Origin: Deltaproteobacteria bacterium
GTDB taxonomy: Bacteria > Myxococcota_A > UBA9160 > SMWR01
Assembly (NCBI GenBank): GCA_032128115.1
Contig: JAQBHB010000111.1
Location: forward strand, 1-53,159
Length of the DNA: 53,159 bases
Direction: 5' to 3'
Of this stretch, positions 27,489 to 36,405 are shown piece after piece. The first letter of the stretch is position 1, and each line of letters begins with the position of its first letter. The notes beneath the pieces were generated by a model. It did no database searches. It was given only the letters and a program-made list of their open reading frames with translations, and was not told the DNA's origin. The position numbers and the translations under genes are program-made.

Positions 27489-30400
27489 AGATCTCCCAGG
27501 TCTGCATCGACCGGCCCGTCCTGGCGACGGTCATGTCCCTGGTCATCCTGCTCTTCGGGCTCCTGAGCCTCACGCGGCTGGCCAACCGCTACCTGCCCAA
27601 CGTCGACCCGCCGGTGGTCTCGGTCACCACCGTCTTTCCCGGTGCGGCTCCCGAGGTGGTGGAGACCTCGGTCACAGATCCGCTGGAAGACCAGGTCAAC
27701 GGCATCGAGGGCGTCAAATTCGTCACCTCCATCAGCCGCGAGCAGGTCTCGATGATCAGCATCGAGTTCGAGCTGGGTCGCGACCTGGAAGCGGCGGCCA
27801 ACGACGTGCGCGATCGCGTGGCGCGCGCTCGCAGCGCCCTGCCCGAAGAGGTGGAAGATCCGGTCGTGTCCAAGCAGGACTCGGATGCGCGTCCGGTGTT
27901 CTGGATGGCGCTCTTCGGCGACCCGTACGACCAGATCCAGCTCACCTCCATCGCCGAGGCCCAGATCGTCGATCGCCTGACCAAGCTCCCCGGTGTGGCC
28001 ACCGTGATCATCGCGGGCGAGCGCCGCTACTCCATGCGCGTCTGGATCGACAACCGCCGCCTGGCCGCACAGAACCTCACGGTGGCCGACATCGCGGCCG
28101 CCCTGGGCCGGGAGAACGTGGACATCCCGTCGGGCCGCCTGGAATCCACCGACACCGAATTCACCGTGCGAAGCCTTGGCGAACTCCGGGAGCCCCAGGA
28201 ATTCGGGGACCTGATCATCAAGAACGTGGACGGCAAGTCCGTGCGCATTCGCGACGTGGCGCGGGTGGAGGTGGGCGCCGAGAGCGTGCGCAAACTGGTG
28301 CGCTTCAACGGCAAGCCGGGCATCGGCCTCGGCGTGGTCAAGCAATCCAAGGCCAACAGCATCGAAGTGGCCGATGGGATTCGTGCCGAGATGGAGGAAC
28401 TGCGGCCCGAGCTGCCCCCCGGCCTCGAGCTGGTGGTCGCCTGGGATTCCTCGGACTACATCCGCCAGTCCATCGAGGACGTGAGACTCACCATCTTCGA
28501 GGCCGCCGTCCTGGTGATCCTCGTGATCTACGTGTTCCTGCGCTCGTTCCGCGCCACCCTGGTGCCGGCCGTGGCGATCCCGGTCTCGATTCTGGGCGCC
28601 TTCGCGGCCCTTTACTTCCTGGGCTTCACCATCAACACGTTGACCCTCATGGGGGTCACCCTGGCCATCGGACTGGTGGTGGACGACGCCATCGTCGTGC
28701 TCGAGAACATCTCGCGCTGGATCGAGTCGGGAACTCCGCGCCTCGAGGCCGCGCGGCGGGGCATGCAGGAGATCTCCTTCGCGGTGGTGGCCGCCACCCT
28801 CTCGGCGGTGGCGGTGTTCCTGCCCCTCACGTTTCTCACCGATACCACCGGTCGCCTGTTCCGCGAGTTCGCAGTGACCGTGGCGGCGGCCCTGTTGATC
28901 TCGGGTTTCGTCGCCGTCACGCTTTCGCCGGCCCTGTGCGCACTGGTGCTGCGAGGAAAGCGCGAAGAAACGGGGCTCAAGGCCGCCTTCGGGCGCTTCT
29001 TCGATGCCCTGGCCGCCCGCTACGCGGCATGGCTCGTGCCGGTTCTGGCGCGGCCGGGTCTCTACGTGGGCCTGGGAGCCGCCTGGCTGGCCCTGGGCGC
29101 CGCCCTGTTGCCCATGCTCGACCAGGAGCTGATTCCCAAGTCGGACCGCAGCGTCTTCTTCATCTGGACCAAGGCACCCGAGGGCAGCACGATCGAATAC
29201 ACCGATCGCTACCAGGCCGAGGCCGAGCAGGTGATGCTGGCGGAACCGGAGGCGCAACGCGTCTTCTCGGTGATCGCCCTGGGGCTGGGAACGCCCGGGC
29301 TCGTGAACGTGGGGCTCGTGATCGCGGGCTTGACCGCTCCGGACGAGCGCGATCGCACGGTTGACGAGATCGCCAAGGCCGTGCAGCCCGCCCTCGACGA
29401 GATTGCCGGAATCAAGGCCTACGGCAGTACGCCCGGGGCCCTTTCGGGCTTCCTGGCATCGCCGGTTTCGTTCGTGGTGGAAGGCCCCGACCTGGATGCG
29501 CTGTCCGGGTACGCCGCCGAGATCCAGCGGCGGATCGAGGAACACGGCGGCTTCAAGGATGCGTCCACGGACCTCTACTTGAACAAGCCGCAGATCGAGG
29601 TGGAGATCGACCGCGATCGCGCCAGCGATCTTGGCGTCTCGGTGCGCGAAGTGGCCAGCGCCCTCCAGATCCTGCTGGGCGGACTCGACCTGTCCACCTT
29701 CAAGCTCGGCGGCGAGACCTACGACGTGATGGTCCAGCTGGACCGGAGCGAGCGCAACGACCCGCGCGATCTGTTGGAGCTCTACGTGCGCGGCAACCAC
29801 GACGCGCTGATCCCGCTGTCGTCGCTGATCGAGACCCGCGAGACGATCGCGCCCCGAGAGATTCCCCACTTCAATCGGCAGCGATCGGTCACGATCTCGG
29901 CGGATGTCCGCGACGGATTTCCCCAGGGTGAGGGCATTGCGGCGGCCGCGCAGATTGCGCGCGAGGTGCTGCCGGAAGAGGGTTATCGCTTCCGCTTCAC
30001 CGGCGAGGCGGAGAAATTCCTGGAGTCCGGCAACTCCCTGACCTTCGCCTACGGCCTGGCGATCCTGGTGGTGTTCCTGGTCCTGGCGGCCCAGTTCGAG
30101 AGTTTCATCCACCCCATCACGATCCTGGTGGCGGTGGCCTACTCGTTCACCGGCGCGGTGGTGACGCTGTTCGCGGTCTCGACTGCGAACCAATGGGGTT
30201 GGACCTCGCTGCCGGGCACCCTGAACCTGTTCAGCAAGATCGGCATGGTGATGCTGGTGGGCCTGGTCACCAAGAACTCGATCCTGATCGTCGAGTTCGC
30301 CAACCAGCTTCGCGATCGAGGCATGGACGTGGTGGAGGCGGTGGATCAGTCGGCGCGCACCCGCTTCCGTCCGATCCTGATGACGGCCCTGGCCACCATG

Positions 30401-30628
30401 ATGGGGATCCTGCCCATCGCCCTGGGCCGCGGCGCCGGCGGCGACTCGCGAGCTCCCATGGGCATCGCCGTGGTGGGTGGCATGTTCTTCTCCACGCTGC
30501 TCTCGTTCTTCATGGTTCCGGCCACCTACATCGTGGTCGATCGCGCGCGCGGCTGGGTGCGCAGCCGCCTGGTCTCCCAGACTCCCCGCGCCGATGTGCC
30601 GACCCCTGCTCCGGCGGCGGGCTCTTGA
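27485..30628 (+). CDS. RND efflux permease, AcrB/AcrD/AcrF family
   Basis: TTG start; CIDRPVLATV, IGLVVDDAIVVLENI, GLVTKNSILIVEFA and RFRPILMT; 1047 aa. Confidence 0.95.
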   Translation: MKISQVCIDRPVLATVMSLVILLFGLLSLTRLANRYLPNVDPPVVSVTTVFPGAAPEVVETSVTDPLEDQVNGIEGVKFVTSISREQVSMISIEFELGRDLEAAANDVRDRVARARSALPEEVEDPVVSKQDSDARPVFWMALFGDPYDQIQLTSIAEAQIVDRLTKLPGVATVIIAGERRYSMRVWIDNRRLAAQNLTVADIAAALGRENVDIPSGRLESTDTEFTVRSLGELREPQEFGDLIIKNVDGKSVRIRDVARVEVGAESVRKLVRFNGKPGIGLGVVKQSKANSIEVADGIRAEMEELRPELPPGLELVVAWDSSDYIRQSIEDVRLTIFEAAVLVILVIYVFLRSFRATLVPAVAIPVSILGAFAALYFLGFTINTLTLMGVTLAIGLVVDDAIVVLENISRWIESGTPRLEAARRGMQEISFAVVAATLSAVAVFLPLTFLTDTTGRLFREFAVTVAAALLISGFVAVTLSPALCALVLRGKREETGLKAAFGRFFDALAARYAAWLVPVLARPGLYVGLGAAWLALGAALLPMLDQELIPKSDRSVFFIWTKAPEGSTIEYTDRYQAEAEQVMLAEPEAQRVFSVIALGLGTPGLVNVGLVIAGLTAPDERDRTVDEIAKAVQPALDEIAGIKAYGSTPGALSGFLASPVSFVVEGPDLDALSGYAAEIQRRIEEHGGFKDASTDLYLNKPQIEVEIDRDRASDLGVSVREVASALQILLGGLDLSTFKLGGETYDVMVQLDRSERNDPRDLLELYVRGNHDALIPLSSLIETRETIAPREIPHFNRQRSVTISADVRDGFPQGEGIAAAAQIAREVLPEEGYRFRFTGEAEKFLESGNSLTFAYGLAILVVFLVLAAQFESFIHPITILVAVAYSFTGAVVTLFAVSTANQWGWTSLPGTLNLFSKIGMVMLVGLVTKNSILIVEFANQLRDRGMDVVEAVDQSARTRFRPILMTALATMMGILPIALGRGAGGDSRAPMGIAVVGGMFFSTLLSFFMVPATYIVVDRARGWVRSRLVSQTPRADVPTPAPAAGS

Positions 30629-30662
30629 GCGAAGCCGACCGGAGCCTCGAACAGCAACAGGT

Positions 30663-31442
30663 ATGAACGATCTTCAAGCCGTGCTGCTGGGCCTGATCCA
30701 GGGGCTCACCGAGTTCCTGCCAGTGTCGAGTTCGGGGCACCTGGTGGTGTTCCGTGAGCTGATGGGCCTGGAGCAGAGCCTGTTCGTGGTGGTGGCGCTG
30801 CACGCGGCGACCCTGGCCTCGGTGCTGATCTTCTACCGCCTCCGGGTGCTGGCCCTGATCGGGGGCATGGCCCGGGGAGACCGGGCGGCGTGGCTGTACG
30901 TGGCGAAGCTCGCCCTGGCCAGCGTGCCCGTCGTCGTGCTGGTGCTGCTTCTGGGCGATCGGCTCGACGAGCCCCTGAGGTCGCCCCGGGTGGCGGGCCT
31001 TGGCTTTTTCTTGACGGGAGGCCTGCTGTGGACGACGCGGCGCACCCTGGGCGCCGCTCATGGGAGTGAGCCCGGGTGGGCTGCTGCCTGGTGGATCGGG
31101 TGCGCCCAGGCCCTGGCCATCCTGCCGGGGGTCTCGCGCAGCGGTTCGACGGTGGCTGCGGCCCTGGCCCTGGGCGTGGCACCGGCCGCGGCGGCCGAAT
31201 TCTCGTTCCTGATGAGCGTCGTTGCCATCGCGGGTGCCAGCGTTCGCGAGCTGGCGCGCATGGGGGATACGGGGCCCCTGGTGAACCCGGGCGCCCTCGC
31301 GCTGGGCGCGCTGGCGGCCTTCGTGGCGGGCATCGCGGCCATCTGGCTGTTCGTGCGGGTCTTGCGCACCCGCCACTTCTACCGCTTCGCCTTCTACGTC
31401 TGGGCGGTGGGAGGCGCGTTCCTGGCCTGGCTCGTGTTCTAG
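30663..31442 (+). CDS. uppP: Undecaprenyl-diphosphate phosphatase
   Basis: [27 protein letters not shown] and AEFSFL. Confidence 0.95.
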   Translation: MNDLQAVLLGLIQGLTEFLPVSSSGHLVVFRELMGLEQSLFVVVALHAATLASVLIFYRLRVLALIGGMARGDRAAWLYVAKLALASVPVVVLVLLLGDRLDEPLRSPRVAGLGFFLTGGLLWTTRRTLGAAHGSEPGWAAAWWIGCAQALAILPGVSRSGSTVAAALALGVAPAAAAEFSFLMSVVAIAGASVRELARMGDTGPLVNPGALALGALAAFVAGIAAIWLFVRVLRTRHFYRFAFYVWAVGGAFLAWLVF

Positions 31443-32815
31443 GGCTCCAGGATCGGGTGCAGGTTCTGGGCCGGCGCCGTCTCGCGCAGCTTCTTGAGCG
31501 CCCGGGCCTCGAGCTGGCGGACCCGCTCCCGCGACAGTCCCAGCGACTGGCCGATCTGCTCGAGGGTGTGCTCCTCCTCGCCGCCGAGCCCATAGCGCAG
31601 GCGCAGGATCAGCTGCTCGCGCGCGGTCAGCGCACCGATCAGGTAGCCGACGCCCGAGCGCATGCGCTCGTTGTCGAGACCGTGGTCGGGAGCGGACGAC
31701 GTGGGATCTGCCACGAAGTCCTCGAGTCGCTTCTCGGTGCCGGCCACCGACGACTCGAGCGAGATGGCCTCGCGCGACAGCAGGTCCAGGGCCTCCAGCG
31801 CCCCTGCCTCGGTGCCCAGCTCCGGCGCAAGCTCGGCCGGCGTGGGCTCGCGCCCCAGCTTCCCGGTGAGCTCTGCGCGCACGCGCTGGCTGCGCTGCAG
31901 CCGGTCGTGCACGTGCGAGGGCAGGCGGATCGTGCGCGAATGGTTCTGGATCGCCCGCACCAGCGCCTGGCGGATCCACCACACGGCGTACGTCGAGAAC
32001 TTGAAGCCCCGCCGATGGTCGAATTTCTCCACCGCCCGGATCAGACCCAGGTTTCCCTCCTGGATCAGGTCGGGGAACGAGAGGCCCAGGTTCCGATAGT
32101 CCTTGGCGATGGCCACCACGAGCTTCAGGTTGTGCTCGATGAAGCGATTCTTTTCCCGCGTCATGCGCGACTGCGCGTCCTCGACGGAGCGGGTCAGTTC
32201 CAGCAGCCTCGCGCGGGGCACGCCCGCCGTGCTCTCCAGGTCAATGAATTTCTTGGTGGCCCGACGAGCCCGCTTCAGCTCGTTCGCCAGGCGCAGGACC
32301 CTGTGGCGCAGCTCGGCGAGCAGCACCAGCGAGAGCTGTGCGTTCTGCATCTCGCGGGCGATCCTGCCGTCGATGCGTGCCTGGGCCTTCGTGTCGCCGG
32401 CCTCCAGGGCCTTTTCCCGCTGGGCCAGCAACGAGCGCATGCGCTTCACGGCGCGCTCCACGCGCGCGGCGATCTCGCCGGTCTCCTCGTCGCCCACCGA
32501 CTCCGACAGCTTGGCGCCAGTGTGCGAGAGGGCGCGCAGGGCATCCCAGCGCGCCACTACGTGACGCGCAGAGCAGGGGATCGCGTAGAGCGCATCGCGC
32601 AGCTGGGCCGTCGCCGCCTCGAGCTCCTTGGCGAGCAGCACCTCTTCCTCGCGCTTCAGCGTGCGCGTGCCACCGATCTCCTGGAAGTATGATTCGAGCG
32701 GGCGGCGCTCGCGCGCCGGATCGAGCTCGTCGGCTGACACCGCGCGCACGGCACCGCTGGTGGGAGCGGCGGCAGTAGCCTCGTCAGTCCCTGATCGTTT
32801 TTCTTCTGTCTTCAC
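31439..32815 (-). CDS. RNA polymerase sigma-70 factor, RpoD/RpoS-like, lacking region 1.1
   Basis: Region 1.2 LESYFQEI...REEEVLLA; region 2 [39 protein letters not shown]; region 4 [20 protein letters not shown]. Confidence 0.93.
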   Translation of the reverse strand: MKTEEKRSGTDEATAAAPTSGAVRAVSADELDPARERRPLESYFQEIGGTRTLKREEEVLLAKELEAATAQLRDALYAIPCSARHVVARWDALRALSHTGAKLSESVGDEETGEIAARVERAVKRMRSLLAQREKALEAGDTKAQARIDGRIAREMQNAQLSLVLLAELRHRVLRLANELKRARRATKKFIDLESTAGVPRARLLELTRSVEDAQSRMTREKNRFIEHNLKLVVAIAKDYRNLGLSFPDLIQEGNLGLIRAVEKFDHRRGFKFSTYAVWWIRQALVRAIQNHSRTIRLPSHVHDRLQRSQRVRAELTGKLGREPTPAELAPELGTEAGALEALDLLSREAISLESSVAGTEKRLEDFVADPTSSAPDHGLDNERMRSGVGYLIGALTAREQLILRLRYGLGGEEEHTLEQIGQSLGLSRERVRQLEARALKKLRETAPAQNLHPILEP

Positions 32816-33022
32816 TCGGTCAACCTCGAATTGCCGGTGCGATTCCTGTTGGATACCGCCCGCTGAACTCCGGTTTCACCCCGGTCGAGATCTCGCCCGG
32901 TGCCGATTCCCGCCGTCGACGCTCGACCGCGCTTGCAACTGCACCGCAATGAGAGCCCCCCCTCGTGGCGTTGCTCGCGTCGCCGACGCTCGATTCGGTC
33001 GTCCTGTCGATCCGAGCCGATC

Positions 33023-33047
33023 GATCCGATCCGATCCGATCCGATCC
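33023..33047. repeat. (GATCC)5 simple sequence repeat upstream of the sigma factor
   Basis: Five perfect GATCC units, preceded by degenerate GATCC-GAGCC-GATC from 33009. Confidence 0.95.
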
Positions 33048-33443
33048 CGGCCGCTCCGCCGAGCCTCGCTGAGCGCGTCTGGACGCTCGAGCGGACGACG
33101 ACAAACCGCCTGCTGTCGGGGGGGCACCAGACAGCCCGAGATCATGGGGCTTTTTCGTGCAAAAGGCCAGCATTATTCCCGCAAAACCTCCCGCTCACCT
33201 TGGGATTCTCCTGCATCTCCCGGTGTCGATTGAATGGGGTCAAATACACCCACACTGACTTATCGGCGTGAACCTCGCGTGCCCCAAGCCCGGCGAAACC
33301 CCCAAGCTTTTCCCCCCGTGGGGAGTTCCCTGGGGGCATCGGCCCGCTGGCTTGCCACCGCCACCGACAGTCGGTGGGTCGTGCGCCCGACGGGAAGGTC
33401 GCCCCCCGCAGGAACGAACCCGCCTGGCCCGGGTTCGCCCGCG

Positions 33444-33473
33444 TTCAGAACGGCCAGATTCAGAACGGCCAGA
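33444..33473. repeat. 15-bp perfect tandem duplication spanning the SLC13 stop codon
   Basis: TTCAGAACGGCCAGA x2. Confidence 0.92.
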
Positions 33474-35232
33474 AGATCGGGATCAGTGCGATGGCCACGG
33501 CGCCGGTGATCAGGTTGAGGGGCACGCCGATCTTTACGAAATCCGTGAATCGGTAGCCCCCGGGCCCGTACACGATCAGGTGGGTCTGATACGTCACGGG
33601 CGACGCGAAGGCGCAACAGCCCGCCACGATCACCGCCATCACGAAGGCCCGGGGATCGGCGCCCAGCTGGTTCGCCATGGCCACGGCGATGGGAAACATG
33701 ATCGCCACCGCCGCGTTGTGGTGCAGCAGCTCCGCCAGGAGCAGGGTGGCGAGGTAGACGCTGGCGAAGGCCAGCATCGGACTGTCACTGCCTGCCGCCA
33801 GCAACGAAAGCAGGCTCGCTACGGCCGCGGCGGCGCCCGTCTTCTCCATGGCGGCGGCGATGCCGAATCCCGCGCCGATCACGATCAGGATCGACCAGTC
33901 GACGCTGCGTCGCGCGATGCGGCCGTTGATGCAGCGGGTGACGATCAGGAGCCCTGCCGCCAGGAATGCCGCAACCGAGATGGGGTAGAGGCCCGTGGCG
34001 GCGGCGGCCACCATCATCGCAAGCACCAGGAGGGCCACCCAGGCGCGCTCGTAGCGCAGCGCCCTGGACTCGGCGAACTCGCTCACCAGGTAGAAGTCGG
34101 GGCTGTTGCGGTGGGCCCGCAGGAAGCCGGGCGCGCCCTGGAGCAACAGCGTGTCTCCCGCCTGAAGCTGGATCTCACCGATCTTGCCCGGCACTCGCTG
34201 GGCGTTGCGGTGCACCGCGATCACGGCTGCGTCGTACACGGTGCGGAAGTTGGCGCCGCGAATCGTCTGGTTCACCAGTGGGGACGAGGCCGAAACCACC
34301 GCCTCCATCAGCCGGTGGCCCCGTCGCCCCTTCAACGGCGTGTCATCGTCGGCCGCCGGCGACAGGCCGCGGATGCGTTGCAGCTCGACGATGGTCGAGA
34401 TGACCCCGGCGAAGACGAGACGGTCTCCGGATCGGATCACCTGATCCGGAGACACCGGGGTGATGACGCGACCCTGGCGATCGATCTCCACCAGGAACAG
34501 ACCTTCCAGGTGCCGCAGCCCCGCCTCCTCGATGCTCTGCCCGATCAGCGAGCAGCTGGCATCGACGATCATTGTGGCGGTGTATTCGCGGCGCTTGTCA
34601 CCCAGCTCGTCGGTGGGTTCCTTCCGATCCGGCAGCAGGCGCGGCGCGAAGACCTGCAGGTACAGGAGCCCGACCAGGGCGATCGGGATTCCCACCGGCG
34701 CCATCTCGAAGAACCCGAGCTTCGGCATGCCGGCGTCGGTGACCAGGCCCGCCACGGCCATGGTGGTACTGGTGCCGATAACGGTGGTGACGCTGCCCAG
34801 GATCGACGCGTAGCTCAACGGAATCAGGAAGCGACTCGCTGCGAGTCCCCGCCGCCGTGCCCAGTCGATGATGGCGGGAGTCATCATGGCGACGATCGGC
34901 GCGTTGTTCAGGAAGGCGGAAATCGTGGCCACGGGCGGGCAGATGCGGGCCAGACCCGAGCGCTCGTCCCGGGCGTCGCCGAACAGACGCCCGATGGTGA
35001 CGTCCAGGGCGCCGGTCTCCCGAAGCGCGGCAGACACGATGAACAGGGCGCCGATAGCGGCCAGGGACGGGTTGGCGAAACCGGCGAAGGTTTCACGGGG
35101 CGTGAGCACCCCGAAGGCAGCGAGCGTGAATAGCGCTGCCATCATGATGAGATCGGGGCCGGCCAGCTCGCGCACCATGGCGGCGAGCGCGACCAGCACG
35201 ACTGCCAGGGTGAACCAGCCCTCCCATTCCAT
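33460..35232 (-). CDS. SLC13 family permease with TrkA-C domains
   Basis: SAFLNNAPIV, IGTSTT, two central TrkA-C-like repeats, and ASPVTYQTHLIVYGPGGYRFTDF; ATG 35232. Confidence 0.9.
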   Translation of the reverse strand: MEWEGWFTLAVVLVALAAMVRELAGPDLIMMAALFTLAAFGVLTPRETFAGFANPSLAAIGALFIVSAALRETGALDVTIGRLFGDARDERSGLARICPPVATISAFLNNAPIVAMMTPAIIDWARRRGLAASRFLIPLSYASILGSVTTVIGTSTTMAVAGLVTDAGMPKLGFFEMAPVGIPIALVGLLYLQVFAPRLLPDRKEPTDELGDKRREYTATMIVDASCSLIGQSIEEAGLRHLEGLFLVEIDRQGRVITPVSPDQVIRSGDRLVFAGVISTIVELQRIRGLSPAADDDTPLKGRRGHRLMEAVVSASSPLVNQTIRGANFRTVYDAAVIAVHRNAQRVPGKIGEIQLQAGDTLLLQGAPGFLRAHRNSPDFYLVSEFAESRALRYERAWVALLVLAMMVAAAATGLYPISVAAFLAAGLLIVTRCINGRIARRSVDWSILIVIGAGFGIAAAMEKTGAAAAVASLLSLLAAGSDSPMLAFASVYLATLLLAELLHHNAAVAIMFPIAVAMANQLGADPRAFVMAVIVAGCCAFASPVTYQTHLIVYGPGGYRFTDFVKIGVPLNLITGAVAIALIPIFWPF

Positions 35233-35272
35233 TGGCGCGGCACGATACAGCAACATTCGCCAGACTGTTGCC

Positions 35273-36358
35273 ATGGCTCCGAAACAGGCATTCCCGCGCG
35301 TGCCGACCCCCTTCTCGGAGAGGGGCTTCTACCTGAGCGAGTTCCGCGGGCGCACCCTCGCGCTGGCGGTGCGGGCGAGCGATCTGCAGGCGCCGGCCCC
35401 TGTGGAGTCCGTTCTGAAGGAGCTGGAGGCGAATCCCACCCGCGTGGTGGTGATCTCCACCGATCCGGAGGCGTTGGCCGCCCTGCCGGCCAGCGAAGTG
35501 CTGGCGGGTGATCCGCGCGAGCCGGGCCTGGAAGGTGCGGTCTGGCGGGCCCTGGCCCGGGGGCCGCGGGTGGGCCTGGCGGTGGCCGCGGGCGACACCT
35601 TCGCGCCCGTGTGTCGCCACATCGCGGTGCGGCTGGGACTCGTGAAGATGATCTGGCTGGACCGCGAGGGTGGACTCCAGAGCCCGCGGGGAGGAAGGGC
35701 GTCGTTCGTCGATCTGACCGAGCTGCGCTCGTTGCTGACGGCCGGAAACGTGGGGCCCGAACGCGCCAGCCTGCTTCAGGAGGTGGAGGCGGCCCTGGCG
35801 GGGGGGGTCGAGTCGGTGAACCTGTGCACGCCGGAGGGTCTGGCCGACGAGATCTTCAGCTATGCGGGCTCGGGAACCCTGTTCACCCGTGAGCGCTACG
35901 TGCAGGTGAGGCGGTTGAGGCTCGACGATTACGACGCAGCGGACGATCTGATCGCCCGGGGCATTGCCGAGGGCTACCTGGCGCCGCGTTCGCCGGAGCA
36001 GATCGACCTGGTCCTGGCCAATGGTTTCGGCGCTTTCGTGGAAGGCCGCTACCTGGCAGGCATCGGCGCCTTGCTCAGTCACGATGCGGCGCAGGTGGCG
36101 GAGATCGCCTCTCTCTACACTCTGACGCGCTTTCTGGGCGAGGGCGTGGGGGAGCACCTGGTGACGGCCGCGGTGAAAAGAGCCCGGGAGGACGGATTCC
36201 GGTCCGTGTTCGCGTGCACCACGTCCGATCGGGTGGTGGGCTTCTTCGAGCGCCAGGGCTTCGCCCTGGTGAGCCCGGACCAGATCCCCGAGGAGAAGTG
36301 GCGCAGCTACGACCCGGCGCGCCGCCCTCTCGTTCGCTGCGTCCAGTTCGACCTGTAG
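35273..36358 (+). CDS. ArgA-like amino-acid N-acetyltransferase (degenerate kinase-like domain + GNAT)
   Basis: YLSEFRGRTL, EIFSYAGSGTLF linker, GYLAPRS, and GNAT motif FLGEGVGEHLV...VFACTT...FFERQGF. Confidence 0.75.
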   Translation: MAPKQAFPRVPTPFSERGFYLSEFRGRTLALAVRASDLQAPAPVESVLKELEANPTRVVVISTDPEALAALPASEVLAGDPREPGLEGAVWRALARGPRVGLAVAAGDTFAPVCRHIAVRLGLVKMIWLDREGGLQSPRGGRASFVDLTELRSLLTAGNVGPERASLLQEVEAALAGGVESVNLCTPEGLADEIFSYAGSGTLFTRERYVQVRRLRLDDYDAADDLIARGIAEGYLAPRSPEQIDLVLANGFGAFVEGRYLAGIGALLSHDAAQVAEIASLYTLTRFLGEGVGEHLVTAAVKRAREDGFRSVFACTTSDRVVGFFERQGFALVSPDQIPEEKWRSYDPARRPLVRCVQFDL

Positions 36359-36405
36359 GCTGGTTCCGATATCTTCGGGTCCGACGAGTTCCCGGGGGAG
36401 GGGGG

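Noticed and set aside
27254..30193. 979-aa minus-strand ORF, and similar long ORFs such as 39993..42002 and 51157..53085
   Set aside because: Mirror frames of well-supported genes on the other strand.
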